This document shows, in pieces, positions 1 through 13,360 of a stretch of 35,786 bases of DNA. The notes beneath the pieces were generated by a model. The model was not told where the DNA came from. It ran no database searches and was given only the letters and a program-made list of their open reading frames with translations. Origin of the DNA: Dirinaria sp. TL-2023a. Its lineage: Eukaryota. Both the position numbers and the translations under genes were made by a program. The stretch lies in the NCBI GenBank assembly GCA_051941275.1, contig JAVEBF010000066.1, positions 1 to 35,786 of the forward strand, in the 5' to 3' direction. Position 1 is the first letter of the stretch. Every line of letters starts with the position of its first letter.

Positions 1-1000
1 ACCCAATACCATCCCAACTCCCAAATTCAATAAACTCCCTCAAACCCTTCAAAAAAAATTTTTTTAAATCATTAAACTTACACACACAAAAACACACACA
101 CACACACATACCTAGATACTTATCACATTAATTATAAAACAAAGCCGCAAAGGTTTCTAGAACTTCTCGTCCACCCGAAGATTTGTTATATAGCAGATTT
201 CGTGATATATGTACGTACCTTATATACATACATATTAGTGAAACATAGAAAGAAGAAGAAGAAAATTTAAAAAAAAAAAAAAAAATAAACATTAAAAAAT
301 AGGGTACCGTGCAGCCCGCTGAATCCAGCAGCAAGCACTTAGAGCTTACATTTCCTTCTCTTCCTTTTTTTTTTTTTTTTTTTTAAAACGGTGGTTTCTG
401 GATAGATGATGTAGATATATTCGACTAAGCCAAAAATTTCTTTTTGGGGGGGGGCAGCAATAATCCAGAGAGTTTTTCCCCGGTAATCATTTAATTCAGA
501 TTCCCTTACCTTATTTTATTGTGAGGTGGATTGATATGACCCCAAAAACCTAATAAATAATGCAATGGTTCAGAAGTTTCAAAGCTAAGATTTTTGCGAA
601 TACGTGTACTTGTGAAAGTACGAGAGTTTTCCTGCGTTGAGTACCTTACTGGAAATTTTTTTTTTTTCACGACCTAGAGAGGGGGGATCAAGCATATAAG
701 GTAGTGTAAGGAAGCAAGAAAAGAGTCGGCGGTAAGTTTTTTTGGGTCTCTTGTCTGTCTGGTCATTTCGACTCTCAAACTATGATAATAATAATCTATT
801 CATTACCCCCCAATCAATCAATCAATCAATCACGACCTCTCTGCCTTCCCGCCGTTCACTACTACCTCGCTACCGCAATTATCGACATTGATTTAACTAA
901 CGCACTACTTAAAAAACTTCCAAACCACCCCTTGGTGGGGGGGGGGAACGAACGCCTTGCTTCTGAAGAAAGAAGAAGAAAGAAGAAGATGCAAAAGATG
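1..1000. repeat. Low-complexity intergenic DNA with homopolymers and microsatellites
   Basis: (CA)n ~80-109, poly-A ~269-284, poly-T ~365-384, (CAAT)n ~811-830, (AGA)n ~965-990. Similar texture at 15400-16150 and 34800-35786. Confidence 0.85.
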
Positions 1001-1438
1001 AATAATTTCTAGCCCATCCAACCGGGACCTATGTAATGTGCAAAGCGAATGCCAGCCCACCAAAGCTTCTATGCGTCCAGGCTTTTGTGTCGTGAAAAAA
1101 CGGCATGTACAGCGAATGTGATTTATGAACAGAGGGGGGGAGGGGAAAGCGAATGTACAAACAAGCGTCTTAACGCAAGGAACAGAAAAAACGAATGTAG
1201 AACAGGGTATCCTCGGCGAACGCGACACAAAAGACTTCCCCCGGCAGGTCGAATTAGGGATTAGGAATATGTAAAGGGCCGTCTATATCCAAAAAACAAT
1301 ATTTGCAGGTTAACAGATGTATATGTACGTGGGGTCGAGCTGCCGTAACGCGTGGCCGTTTCGTCACACAGTAAGGGAGACAATGTCAAGGGCGCATGAT
1401 CGCACACCCTATAACTTCTCAAAGTGGTCCACAAAGAC

Positions 1439-2861
1439 TCATCGCTGTGCTTCCGTGTCGGAGTGGGAGGCCAAGGTCTCTCCTTCCCATAAAGATTGGT
1501 GATCCTCGGTGGGGCTTAGTGATCCTGAAGAGTACGAGGAAGATGATCCAATGGTCCATTCATCAGCATCGGCATGTGGACCACCACGAAGGTCTGCGAG
1601 CGCGTAGCCCTTGTCAGTGGGATCTTCTCCAACTTCTGCATAATCATAATCCCAGCGGAACATCTTGTCCGGCTGCTGCCTTGGGAGAAATTTGGCTTTT
1701 GCAACGTAGAAAACAATCCCCGCAACTATCGTCTGTTAGCCATGGCTGTTCAGGTGATTCGAACTATTGTAAACTTACGCAAGCTACCGCCGACCAGATC
1801 CACGGCGTAGTGATGCTGCAGGTACATTGTTGCCCACCAAAGCCAGAGGATGTAGCCGATCAGAAGGGGTTTCAATCGAGGGAAAACGAAAGCCATGAAC
1901 AATGCTTCTGTGGTGCCGCACCCGGCGTGCAGCGACGGGAAAGCGCCAAAAACCATGGGCGAACCCGTAAAAGTAGACGTATAAAGGGGCATCCCAAACA
2001 ACTTGTCAATTGCAGCCAAGCCTGCTGGCGAGCCCCGGATGGAATAATTCGCGGGCGCGAGACCGTACATGTTCTCATACCACGGTGGAGAACACGGGAA
2101 GAGAAGCTGTATTGAAACACCAATGAGGTTCATGTACCCGAAGCTTCGTGCAAAGACCGGTAGTGTGCCTGGGGATGCGAAAATAAATATTACGATCGAG
2201 CAGACGACGGGAGCACCGAAATGTATGATGCCATATGGGAGCCAGCCCATGATGTCAAGGAACGTGTTTGTGTGCGCCGAGAGGATGTTGCTGAGATTTG
2301 CGCCGTAAAAGATGTTTTCGAGGGCCGGCAGTACGCGTACCCATATCGGTGGTCGCCAATCACTGGGTATGAAACTTTGAAAGCAGAAAATCAGTATGGT
2401 GGAGAAAGCAGGAGAAAGCGCATAATCTCGACTTACCCGCAAGCATCGAAAAAGACCAACCAAGTCGCTATTGGCGTAAACGGAAGGAAGAACTGTCGCG
2501 TGACAGGCAGTATTAGGGAAGTGAGGAATAACGTTGCGATGGCGGTCTTTCCCAGTGGACCCGGCGAGGGTATCATGCACAGCGAGAAGATGCCCAGTAT
2601 AACGAGTAACAGATACTGCCCATCGTAGTATGACCATCGGTGTTTGCGCAGGGCATGTAGGGTGTCAGCTGGTGACCAGGAGGTTTGAAGGGCGGCAAGA
2701 GAGGATGAGGGCGACTGTCTGCTTCGGACCTTGGAACGCAGTTTTCGGCGTATGCGATGAGGTATTATGGTAGGTATGGATGAGGGCCATGAGAAAGGTA
2801 TTTTGGCTTTGGAGTACGTCTTCTGGAATTCCTGCCGTGACGGCAGCGCATTCTTCATCAT
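1439..2861 (-). CDS. AUR1: Inositol phosphorylceramide synthase (aureobasidin A target); exons 2861-2437, 2374-1779, 1725-1439
   Basis: The spliced product has hallmark Aur1 motifs: WRPPIWVRVLPALENIFYGANLS, FPCSPPWYE, FGAFPSLH, YLQHHYAVDLVGG, MFRWDYDY. Two GT-AG introns (2436-2375, 1778-1726) join three ORFs in frame. Confidence 0.96.
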
Positions 2862-4466
2862 CTAAGTAGCTTCCACGGCGGCGGAGGGCCCGCCAATTTC
2901 CTTTTTGTCACCAGATCCAGCGTTTTCGCTTGCCTAGGCAGGCTGAACGCTCACACGCCGGAAGTTGAACGTCAAGTCTGGCTGTCAAACGAGGTTGTTT
3001 GGGGGAGATGGTGGACAGGGTGAGATTTTGGGGGATGAGTCGGTTGGGAAGGCAGCGCAAACAGCTGAATAAAGAGCACGCGAGCAGGCGAATGTTTGTT
3101 GAATGCGGGCGCAGATGAGGAAGGCTTGTGAAGGTATGTAGAAGTAGAGGAGGGAGAGTGGGAGGGTGGGCAGAGTGGGTGGTTGAGAGATGTGGAGAAA
3201 TTTGCTCCGTTGGTGAAAAGTCCGGAGTAAGGTACAGTGGTTTTACATTAGTATTTGCAGGAGTTGGTAGGTAACTACCTTAGGTATCATCTCGCTCCCT
3301 CAGCCACTACTGGATGAGCGTTAACCGTTACCCAGTAGTAACCCCAGGTATTATTATTTTATTATTATTAACCACAGAAATTGGACCCGGCTTAAACCTT
3401 CTTAGCTCCGCAGTCCGCAGTGCAATTTCTCTCTCTCCGTCTCTCGGCCTTCACCTTCGTCCGTCATCCGTCATCCGTCATTTCGCCTGCATTGCCAGAT
3501 GCAGCCAAGCTTCGCTATGAGCTGTTCAGCCTGTTCCCCCTCTGGCCCTTCCAGGCTTCCCCTCCCAATTCCCTATGCTAAGTGTACTGATCTGACTAAT
3601 CCCCCAATTACTCACCAGTGAACCACGCATACCGCTTCTTGACGGATATTACTCCGTACTTAGCTACGGTAATAAGTAAAGTACCTACATGTACATAAGG
3701 TAGGTACAATAATATTTCTGCTTTCAAGTCCTCAGCCAAAGCCATCGCACATACGGCGCGATTCTCCTACTGCACTCCAACCATGATGGCCTTCTGAACA
3801 CGGTATCTCTTGGTATTCTTGGTCTTCTGCGCCACCGTGAAGGGTGTCAAATGCGTTTCATCGCTCCTCATGCGGGCGGTGCATAAATGCCGGGTTTTAT
3901 GCAAAATCCAGCTTGCACTTGCCCCCGGAATCGGATTCCGAAGCTACCGCACTGGAGCTTATAAGCTTAGTAATAACACCGTCGTACCTGACATACCTTA
4001 CCTAAGGTACACCATACTTTAGTGAGTACCTACTATTGGCTAAAAAGCACTCACACATCAATCTTCAAATAATGACTACGGAGTACTGTAAAGTACCTTG
4101 GAGATGGTTCCTTGAGCACGCATCGGCGTGCATAAGCTACCAAGGTACTCCGTATACTTCATGTTCACACACAGGAACCAGGTGAAGGACAGATCTGGCT
4201 ATCACAAAAAGCCCAACAAGGCAGACATACTGCTGAAGGAATGGATCTGGTCAATCAGGTAAGGTACACATATTTCACAAATTTCATGGCACGCTATGTC
4301 TCCGCTGTCCCAAAGTATGTCTCCCTCAATTATTCCCCTGTATCGTCCACCGAATGCGCCATGTGTAAGATCGTCAGTCCCGCAGAAGTATTTGCCTGCC
4401 AACCTGTGCCCTTACGCCCGCGCTATGAAGCCACACCATCTGCAACACCATCGTCAGCTTGGCCTA

Positions 4467-6709
4467 TCACGGTCCTTCCAAGGCCCAACTGAGATCCTCG
4501 CGCGGAGACAGAAATTCTTCGCTTAGCCCGAACGGATCTTCTTCCACAAAATTGAAGTCCAAGTTGTTCGAGAGTGACTGGTGCTTGTTGACGTTGACAT
4601 CCCCATCACCAGTGGACAATGAAGGTCCGCCGGCATTGAACTCAAGAATCATGCGATCAAGATCCGCCATTTCCTGAGTCAGCACCAGGCTACTCGATAG
4701 TCCGCGGCTCACATCGTCGTGCTCGGCCTTGACACTGTCGCATTTCAACCCGGAGCTGTCTTCGAAGTCGAAATACTTCGATGCGGCTGGCGATGAGGAG
4801 GACGGGTCCAATGCAGGTAGAGTGCCGTAGTGGCTCGAGGATGTCTCTCTTGACATAGCTGCGCTGGCATCGGTGTCATAGTTCTCGCAAATCTCTGGCG
4901 GGCTGGGGAAAGCCGCACTAGCGTCGGTGTCGTAGCTGTCGGGCATTGGAGGCGGGCTTGCGAATGAGCACACCGATGACCCAGAGACAGATGAAGCGGT
5001 TTGCTTTTCAAGCACTCTTTGTCGAGTCCTACTTGCTTTCTCAAGTCTCTCCTCGGTATCGGGACGGTGCTTCCTGGGCCTCCCACGCTTCGGCGATCTC
5101 TTCTCGTAGCCTTCAGGACCACCAATCCCGCCAACACAAGTATTACGCTGCTTATGCCTCGTCAGTGCGTCCATTCTGGCGAAACTGTGGCCGCACTCGC
5201 AAGGGTAAGGTTTGATTCCTGTGTGGATTTTCTCATGTCGTTTGAGGTCATGCTGCCGCACGAAGCGTTTGTTGCAATGGATGCACAGAAACTGGCGGTC
5301 TCCGAGATGAGTCTGCACGTGGGACTTGATGTTTTCTTTCCGACCAAATCGCTTCCCGCATTCAGGATACATGCAAGTCCACTTTTGATCTTCGTGCGGG
5401 CCGTTGATGAATGCGTTGACCTCCTCGGAGGATATGCCTGTTTCGACTGTGGTAAGACAAGTCTCAAGTCCAGCTGCCGACTGGGATCTTGAATGTGATG
5501 ATTTCTTGCCAGATGACACATAGCCTCCAAAGTCAGCCGGAGTTCCCGAAGCAGAAAATGGTGGCTCTGGAAAGAGAGCACAGTCTGCAGCTTCTGAGTC
5601 ATTGAGACCCGGATGCGGCAACATTGTTAGCTCAGGGGACGATTGGAAAGATGACATGGTTGGCGATATTGCGCTGGACATCGGCGAGCAGTGCGACGAC
5701 TGGTGTTCAAAACTGTCCGCTGAGAATTCTACACCCATCGTTGATAAATCTACGAAGGCAGAGGGAGGAAGCTTCGATAGCAAGAACGGATCAGGTGGCT
5801 CCAGTGGCGCTGACGCAGGGGGGGAAGGCATTCTTGAAGTATAGGCGCGATCTCCAAATAGATCCTGGTAAGACATGCCACGGCGCATCGACTGAGAGGC
5901 TTTGATAGTCATGTTTGCGTCTTTTTTGATTGGAGAGCTGTGTGCTGATGCGCTCTGGAGAATATCTTGAGGTTGCATTGTCTTATGGGGTGTGGGATCA
6001 GGCGTCATAGGAAAAAGACCTTTAGAATCGTTAGCGACGACCCTTGGAGGGTCCAAAAGGTAAGCTGAATCTCACATCTGTTTGTTTGAGTAGGTGGTGT
6101 GCATGGCCGCAGGCGCTCGATACTTGGATCATGTACGGAGCTTCGCCTAGAAGCATCTTGACTATATGGTATCTCGATCTCATGAGGTTTGCTCTCTTGC
6201 GTCGTTATTGCGACAACCTCATTTTTGTAACCGTCACCGTCAAGGTTTCCAGCCGGTATATCATGTTGCAAAGAGTGTTGTTGGTTACGATGACTTTTTC
6301 TAGCTGCCAGAAGCTCGTAGATCTGGTCGTCAGTCATGTCTCGAATTTGCTGTTCAGAATGATCGGTTTTGAAGCATCCAGTGCTTGCGTCTGTAAAGGA
6401 TGGGAATTTATGTGGTCTCAAAGTACTGTCGTCGCTATTGTGTCGTTGGTGGCCCGGTCGAGCCACTGGTCGCTGCTGCGTCTCCGGTATGATCTGCTGC
6501 GGTTGCTTTTGGTTAGTAGTCGTATTCTCCCCCTGCTGTTCAGATTTTGAAAGGTCATGGCATTGCATGTTCGGGTCGAAGCTGAGACCTCGCCGATGCG
6601 TGGCATGTCTGGCAGGAGTGCTAATCTTCAAGTTGTCGAAGGCCGTGGGTATTGATAGTTGTTGTTCCTGGTGTCCCTGGGGAAGATCTGAAGAATGATG
6701 TGGCAGCAT
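4467..6709 (-). CDS. C2H2 zinc-finger transcription factor, Ace2/Swi5 family; exons 6709-6076, 6019-4467
   Basis: Zinc fingers CMYPECGKRFGRKENIKSHVQTHLGDRQFLCIHCNKRFVRQHDLKRHEKIH..CECGHSFARMDALTRH, followed by PKRGRPRK. Intron 6075-6020 (GTGAGA..GCTAAC..AAG) gives RPCTPP..FPMTP. The start is taken as the first in-frame ATG (MLPHHS). Confidence 0.88.
4857..4964 (-). repeat. In-frame 54-bp (18-aa) tandem duplication in the zinc-finger gene
   Basis: FASPPPMPDSYDTDASAA / FPSPPEICENYDTDASAA. Confidence 0.8.
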
Positions 6710-7349
6710 GATATACAGGTCGAGTCCGAAGTGGTGATTGTCGAAGGATATAAGGGGAACCCTTCGCGGTTCGGAACTGGTGGTTTGCGAATCAGCTGAA
6801 GCTTCTATGTTAGACAGAATTCCACCCACCTCACGCAACGAGCGCCTCTCGGCCGGGCAAAACTGGGGGTTTTTTACAGCTGTGCGCAGAAGATGTGGTA
6901 TAGCCTGATCAGGCAATTGCAATAGAGAGATTCCAAAGTTGGCTTGAAGCTTTCTAGTACTAATTGGTTCGGATCAGCATATTTTGAGAAAACCCAGCAA
7001 AACCTCATTAACATACCTCTAGCCGATAGCAGAAGACTAGACGAGCTCAGCTCGTTGTGGAATGAAGTGTAGCTATTGCAATTGATGATGGTAGATTTGG
7101 ATAGCAACAACTGCCGTTTCGTAATGTATGTTTGCGACGGGCCTGTTGCCGAGCAACGATTCCTGCAGGGAACCATGGGCAGGGCCGAGGGCTGGGCCGA
7201 GTGTTCTTGGCAATGGGGGCCGATGTGTGGCCGAAGGCGCCTAAGACGAGGCTAGCTAAGCGAGAAAGCACAAAAGTATCCGAACCCGGTTCGAAGAACT
7301 GACTCTTTCCACACATCTGATGAAGGTTGAGGAAGACAACTCTGTCTAG

Positions 7350-8035
<686 letters not shown>

Positions 8036-8235
8036 ATGAATGTGGGTGGGGTAGGGACATAGACGATCTATCAATCAAGCAATTGCTCGACCTCCCACGA
8101 GTATTTATGCTCGTTTTGCCGAATGCCATCTCGTCCAAGAATTGATTACTGCTTGCAAAATCTATGTAGGGAGTATGGCAAACCAGCAACGCATTGCCGA
8201 AAATCCATCCCCAAATATCCGATCTTTCAACTCCA

Positions 8236-9761
8236 TTACTCATTAGGCATACCTTTCCGCAGATTTTCGTACTTGGACTCTGGATACTCGAGCGTGTTGT
8301 GAGTCCGATCTATGCTTCCTAATTTATTCACGACCTTGAAACCTCATCAGCATGATCTTCACATTAACGGAGGTACATTGTTACCGCAGAAATCAGACTC
8401 TCGTCACCGCTCTTATCAGCGCTGCTTTCCCACCACATCGCCCCGCCTAAACCGTTCCTTTTGATATACTCCGCTTTCAATTTCGCCATCTCCAATGTAT
8501 CATAGCTCACCATAACTCGCTTTTGATCGTCATAGCTCCAGCTCGCACCTACATCACTATCCAAGATCTCTTTTGCGCCTTCTTTGGGTAAGACTTTGTA
8601 GTCCCACACACCCTGCTCCCAGCTCCCTTCACCAGTACCGGAAAACGGCTTTCCTGGACCATCGGTGGCAGTAAAGGCACGCCCGTATAGCGGCATGCCG
8701 AGGATGATTTTTGAAGCATGGATGCCCTGCGATGTGTAGTAATTAAGAGCTTTTGATGTTGAGAATGGTGTGCTGGATGGTTCAGCGGCCGAGGGAAAGA
8801 GGTTGGCTTGATGGCCAGCCGTGCCATCCCAGCTGCCAGCGTAGTCATAAGCCATTAGATTCCAAAAATCGAGATAGTCGTCCATTGCTTTAAGGTGCAT
8901 TTTCTCGTAATTTTGAGGGCCGGCTGGACAAGCAACAGTCAGGAGCATTTGGTGGCCATTATGACAATGCTTGAGTTCCTAGAGAAAGTCACTATAGTGA
9001 GATCAATCTTTGAGTCTAGATAACGGACATGCCGAGTAGCTTTGAGCAGATGTACAAAGTCCTTTGCCTCTGTGTCGTTCTTCGGATACTCCCAGTCTAT
9101 ATCAAGACCTAAAGCCATCAGTATTTAGCTAGCGTACTGGAGTCAAAAGTGCTTACCATCGAGTCCAAGGTCTTTTACTAGTTGTACGGCGCATCTTGCA
9201 AATGTAGCCCTACTCTCCTCCCCTGACGCTGGCTGGGCGAAGTTTGAAGAGTAAGTCCATCCCCCAATCGATAGCAAAACTTTCAGATGCCGGTGCTTCT
9301 TCTTTAGCAAATATAATTGCTTGGCGCAACCATAAACATTGTTCCCTTTGGTAGATTTAATACGGTGGAGCTGGATTTGTCGGGTGTACCATACCAGTGT
9401 CATTCCATGAATCGCTCGGGTAGTGCTTGTCCTTCAATCCATCAGATGTGTTAACTTTGTGAGCGTTCTTTACTTGCAGTATCACTCCATGTGTCTGTTA
9501 GGTAACTATGCACCTCAGTAGGTAAGTAAAGCAGTGAATGCCATTCAAAGGTAAATCCGTACACTTCTCCAGTCTCCGGCCTCAGATTCGCAAATGCGTA
9601 GAGCACATGGGTCAAGTTGCCGGCTGGCAAGTCCTGCGGCTGATGATTTCTCCCGTAAATAGCCCTTTGGAATTATTAGATTCAGTTATGTGCAAGATTT
9701 ATGCTCCGACAAACCAATTAACAAAGTATGCAACCGCCTTATGCTCAGGTTGGCCACCCAT
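8236..9761 (-). CDS. GH18 chitinase (bacterial-type, class V); exons 9761-9715, 9664-9563, 9505-9478, 9431-9395, 9345-9157, 9108-9029, 8978-8385, 8334-8236
   Basis: Splicing gives [41 protein letters not shown], the catalytic [20 protein letters not shown] and GGAMWWE. Confidence 0.95.
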
Positions 9762-10251
9762 GTTGCTGAGATGGAGAAGAGAAAAATGCTGGTCCCAATT
9801 ACAAGAAAATAGGTTTGCGAAATCGATATTAGGAGCGGAGAGGTAGTAAGCCAACAGAAGTGAAAGGAGAAAGAGAAGGCTCAAAGAGCAATCTATGATT
9901 GAGTAGTAGAGTCAAGCCGCAATGAAGGATTATAGAGGGTTTATCACTCATTCTTGAAAGCGTGGACATGTATATTGCTAAACCTAGTCATTTTCGTGAC
10001 AGACTGGTACTTCATAAAACTTGGTGACTTCTGAAGTCAAGTGAGAAAGGTCGACGCTGAAACTCCTTCTTAACCCCACCCGTGCCTTGCGTCGTACGTA
10101 GCCTCTAATTGGTAGTGTAACTAGAATTCATTTATTCACCATCTTCATACGCTGCCTTGAAGAATACTTTATCCGGGGTCCTGTACAAGGACATATAGGT
10201 AAGGTAACTTAGTAAGATAGGTACCTTGCAATACTTGGATCATGTGATTTG

Positions 10252-10294
10252 ACGCGACGCGTGCTATCATACTTTAGCGCCTACTTTTCGCGTT
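10252..10294. promoter_or_regulatory. MCB/SCB-like cell-cycle boxes upstream of MSH2
   Basis: ACGCGA at 10252 overlaps ACGCGT at 10257-10262; TTTCGCGT at ~10286-10293. MCB control of DNA repair genes is established in yeasts; function here is inferred. Confidence 0.55.
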
Positions 10295-10505
10295 TGCCAA
10301 GGCACAGTCACTTTACCTCGTAGTCCTGTACTGTAAGTTCGTAAAGTACCGCGAAGAAATACAAGGACTTTGATGAGCATGAGCACTAGATACAGTGGTC
10401 CCAGAAAATGTTAATGACTTAGGGTTCCTCCATCTACACATTTGAATTTCACACCTAACCACCTATCGACCATTGAGCATTGAAGCCAAAAAGCAATTTC
10501 TAGTC

Positions 10506-13360
10506 ATGGCTTCTCGGCCGGAGCTGAAGGTTCTACATGATGATATAAGCCAGCATGCCGATGCTAATGAGATTCTAGGTTGATGACGAGGTCGGGTTCA
10601 TTCGATTTTTTCGTGGTCTGCCTGTAAAAGATGGCGAGACCATTCGAGTGTTCGATCGAGGGGATTGGTATACGGCACATGGGGACGATGCGACATTTGT
10701 TGCTCGAACTGCACGTCTTTCTTGACCCGATCCTCTCAGTGCCGCCTGCTAACATGATTCCTCAGATGTACAAGACAACGTCTGTCTTGCGGCAGCTTGG
10801 CAAAGCAGACACTGGCCTACCTTCGGTCACAATGACGATCACAGTATACCGTAATTTTTTGCGAGAAGCTCTTTTCCGATTAGGAAAGCGGGTGGAGATC
10901 TGGGAGACCTCTGGTCGTATGCAATGGAAACTGAAAAAGCAGGCGTCACCTGGTAATCTACAGGATGTCGAGGATGAACTCGGTGGCCAGATCGATTCTG
11001 CACCAATCATACTAGCTGTCAAAATTTCAGCCAAGGCATCAGAGGCTCGAAATGTTGGGGTATGCTTCGCAGACGCAAGCGTGCGCGAGCTTGGTGTCAG
11101 CGAATTTCTCGACAACGACCTCTATTCAAATTTCGAATCACTCCTCATACAGTTGGGCGTCAGAGAATTGCTCCTAAACGCAGATAGCCAAAAGAAGGAT
11201 GTAGAGCTCGCAAAACTCAGAACCATTGCAGATAATTGCGGTGTTGCCGTCGCTGAGCGCAGCATTGGTGACTTTGGTACAAAGGATATCGAGCAAGACC
11301 TGAGTCGACTCTTGCGAAATGAGCGCGCCGCAGGCACCCTACCACAGACTGATTTGAAGCTGGCTATGGGCTCAGCAGCCGCTCTAATCAAGTATCTCGG
11401 TGTTTTGTCAGATCCGTCGAATTTCGGTCAGTATCAATTGTATCAACATGACCTCTCCCAATACATGAAGCTTGACGCTTCAGCACTGAAAGCACTCAAC
11501 CTCATGCCTGGCCCAAGAGATGGCTCAAAGACCATGAGCTTGTTTGGCCTCCTGAACCATTGCAAGACACCTGTGGGTAGTCGGCTACTTGCACAATGGC
11601 TTAAGCAGCCACTTATGAGCCTTGAAGAGATTGAACGGCGCCAACAACTTGTAGAAGCGTTCGTACAAGACACTGAGCTACGGCAAACCATGCAGGAGGA
11701 GCATCTGCGGTCCATACCCGATCTATACCGGTTGGCCAAGAGATTTCAAAAGAAGCTTGCCAATCTGGAGGATGTGGTGCGAGCTTATCAAGTAGTCATC
11801 AGGATCCCGGGCTTCATTGGTACACTCGAAGGAGTTATGGATGAGCAATACAAAGATCCTCTCGATGCTGAATATACTTCAAAGCTGGTCGACTTTTCGA
11901 ACAGCCTAGCGAAGCTGCAAGAAATGGTAGAGACAACCGTTGATCTTGATGCCCTGGATCACCATGAATTTATTATCAAATCTGAATTCGACGAGAGTCT
12001 TCAGGTAATACGCAAGAAGCTCGAGAAATTGAAGTACGATATGGATGTCGAGCACACTAAAGTCGGTAGAGACTTGAGTCAGGACACGGAGAAGAAACTC
12101 TTTCTCGAAAACCACCGAGTACATGGATGGTGCTTTCGCCTCACAAGAACGGAGGCGGGTTGCATCCGTAATAAGAAGGGCTACCAGGAGATCTCGACAC
12201 AAAAAAACGGAGTCTACTTTACTACTAGTACAATGCAAAGTATGCGTCGCGAGCACGATCAATTATCCGAAAACTACAACCGCACCCAGAGCGGTCTGGT
12301 TACTGAGGTCGTGAATGTTGCAGCATCATACTGCCCAGTGTTGGAGAAGCTCGCCGGCGTCCTATCTCATCTGGACGTGATTGTTAGCTTCGCGCATGTC
12401 TCGGTTCATGCGCCGACCTCCTATGTACGACCTAAGATGCACCCACGAGGCGAAGGTAACACCATTCTAAAGGAAGCAAGACATCCCTGCATGGAAATGC
12501 AGGACGATGTACAGTTCATTACCAACGACGTTTCCCTTGTTCGAGGAAGCTCTGAGTTCCTGATTATTACCGGCCCCAATATGGGAGGTAAATCTACTTA
12601 CATCAGGCAGATCGGAGTCATTGCTTTGATGGCACAAGTCGGCTGCTTTGTACCATGTTCCGAAGCTGAGCTTACTTTGTTCGACAGCGTTCTTGCGCGA
12701 GTCGGCGCCAGTGACTCCCAGTTGAAAGGCGTCTCAACCTTCATGGCAGAAATGCTGGAGACAGCGAATATATTGAAGTCGGCAACATCGGAATCGCTGA
12801 TAATTATTGACGAGCTGGGCCGCGGCACGAGTACTTATGATGGCTTTGGGCTAGCTTGGGCTATCTCGGAGCATATCATCAAGAAAATAGGATGTTTCGC
12901 CATGTTTGCAACTCATTTCCATGAGCTAACAGCCCTGGTAAATGAACATCCGCAGGTACAGAACTTGCACGTCGTAGCTCACATAGGAGATTCGGGCAAC
13001 AGAGACAGAAGAGAAGTCACATTACTTTACAAAGTTGAAGAAGGGGTCTGTGACCAGAGCTTCGGAATCCACGTCGCCGAGCTTGTTCGCTTTCCACAGA
13101 AGGTCATCAATATGGCAAAGCGCAAAGCAGATGAGCTAGAAGACTTCTCGAACAAGCATGAGGATGCTTCATTGATACACTCCAAGCAAGACGTAGAAAG
13201 CGGAAGTTCGCTCTTGAAAGAAATGCTGTTGCAATGGAAGAAGGAGACGGAGGGCCAGGGCATGACTAAAGAGGACCAAATAGCCAAGATGAAAGAGCTG
13301 GTCACCGGCAACCAAAAGCTACTGGACAACCCATTCTTCCAATCAATAAAAGCACTCTAA
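10506..13360 (+). CDS. MSH2: DNA mismatch repair protein Msh2; exons 10506-10529, 10579-10710, 10766-13360
   Basis: [33 protein letters not shown]; MutS ATPase motifs [35 protein letters not shown]. The second intron is GC-AG. Confidence 0.97.

Noticed and set aside
1396..2628. Plus-strand ORFs over AUR1, and similar antisense ORFs over MSH2, SMC4, SRP14 and LPD1
   Set aside because: These are shadow ORFs of real genes with no independent coding signal.
6710..6922. N-terminal extension of the zinc-finger gene shown in the ORF track
   Set aside because: It starts at TTG and shows no motif. The ATG at 6709 is the more plausible start.
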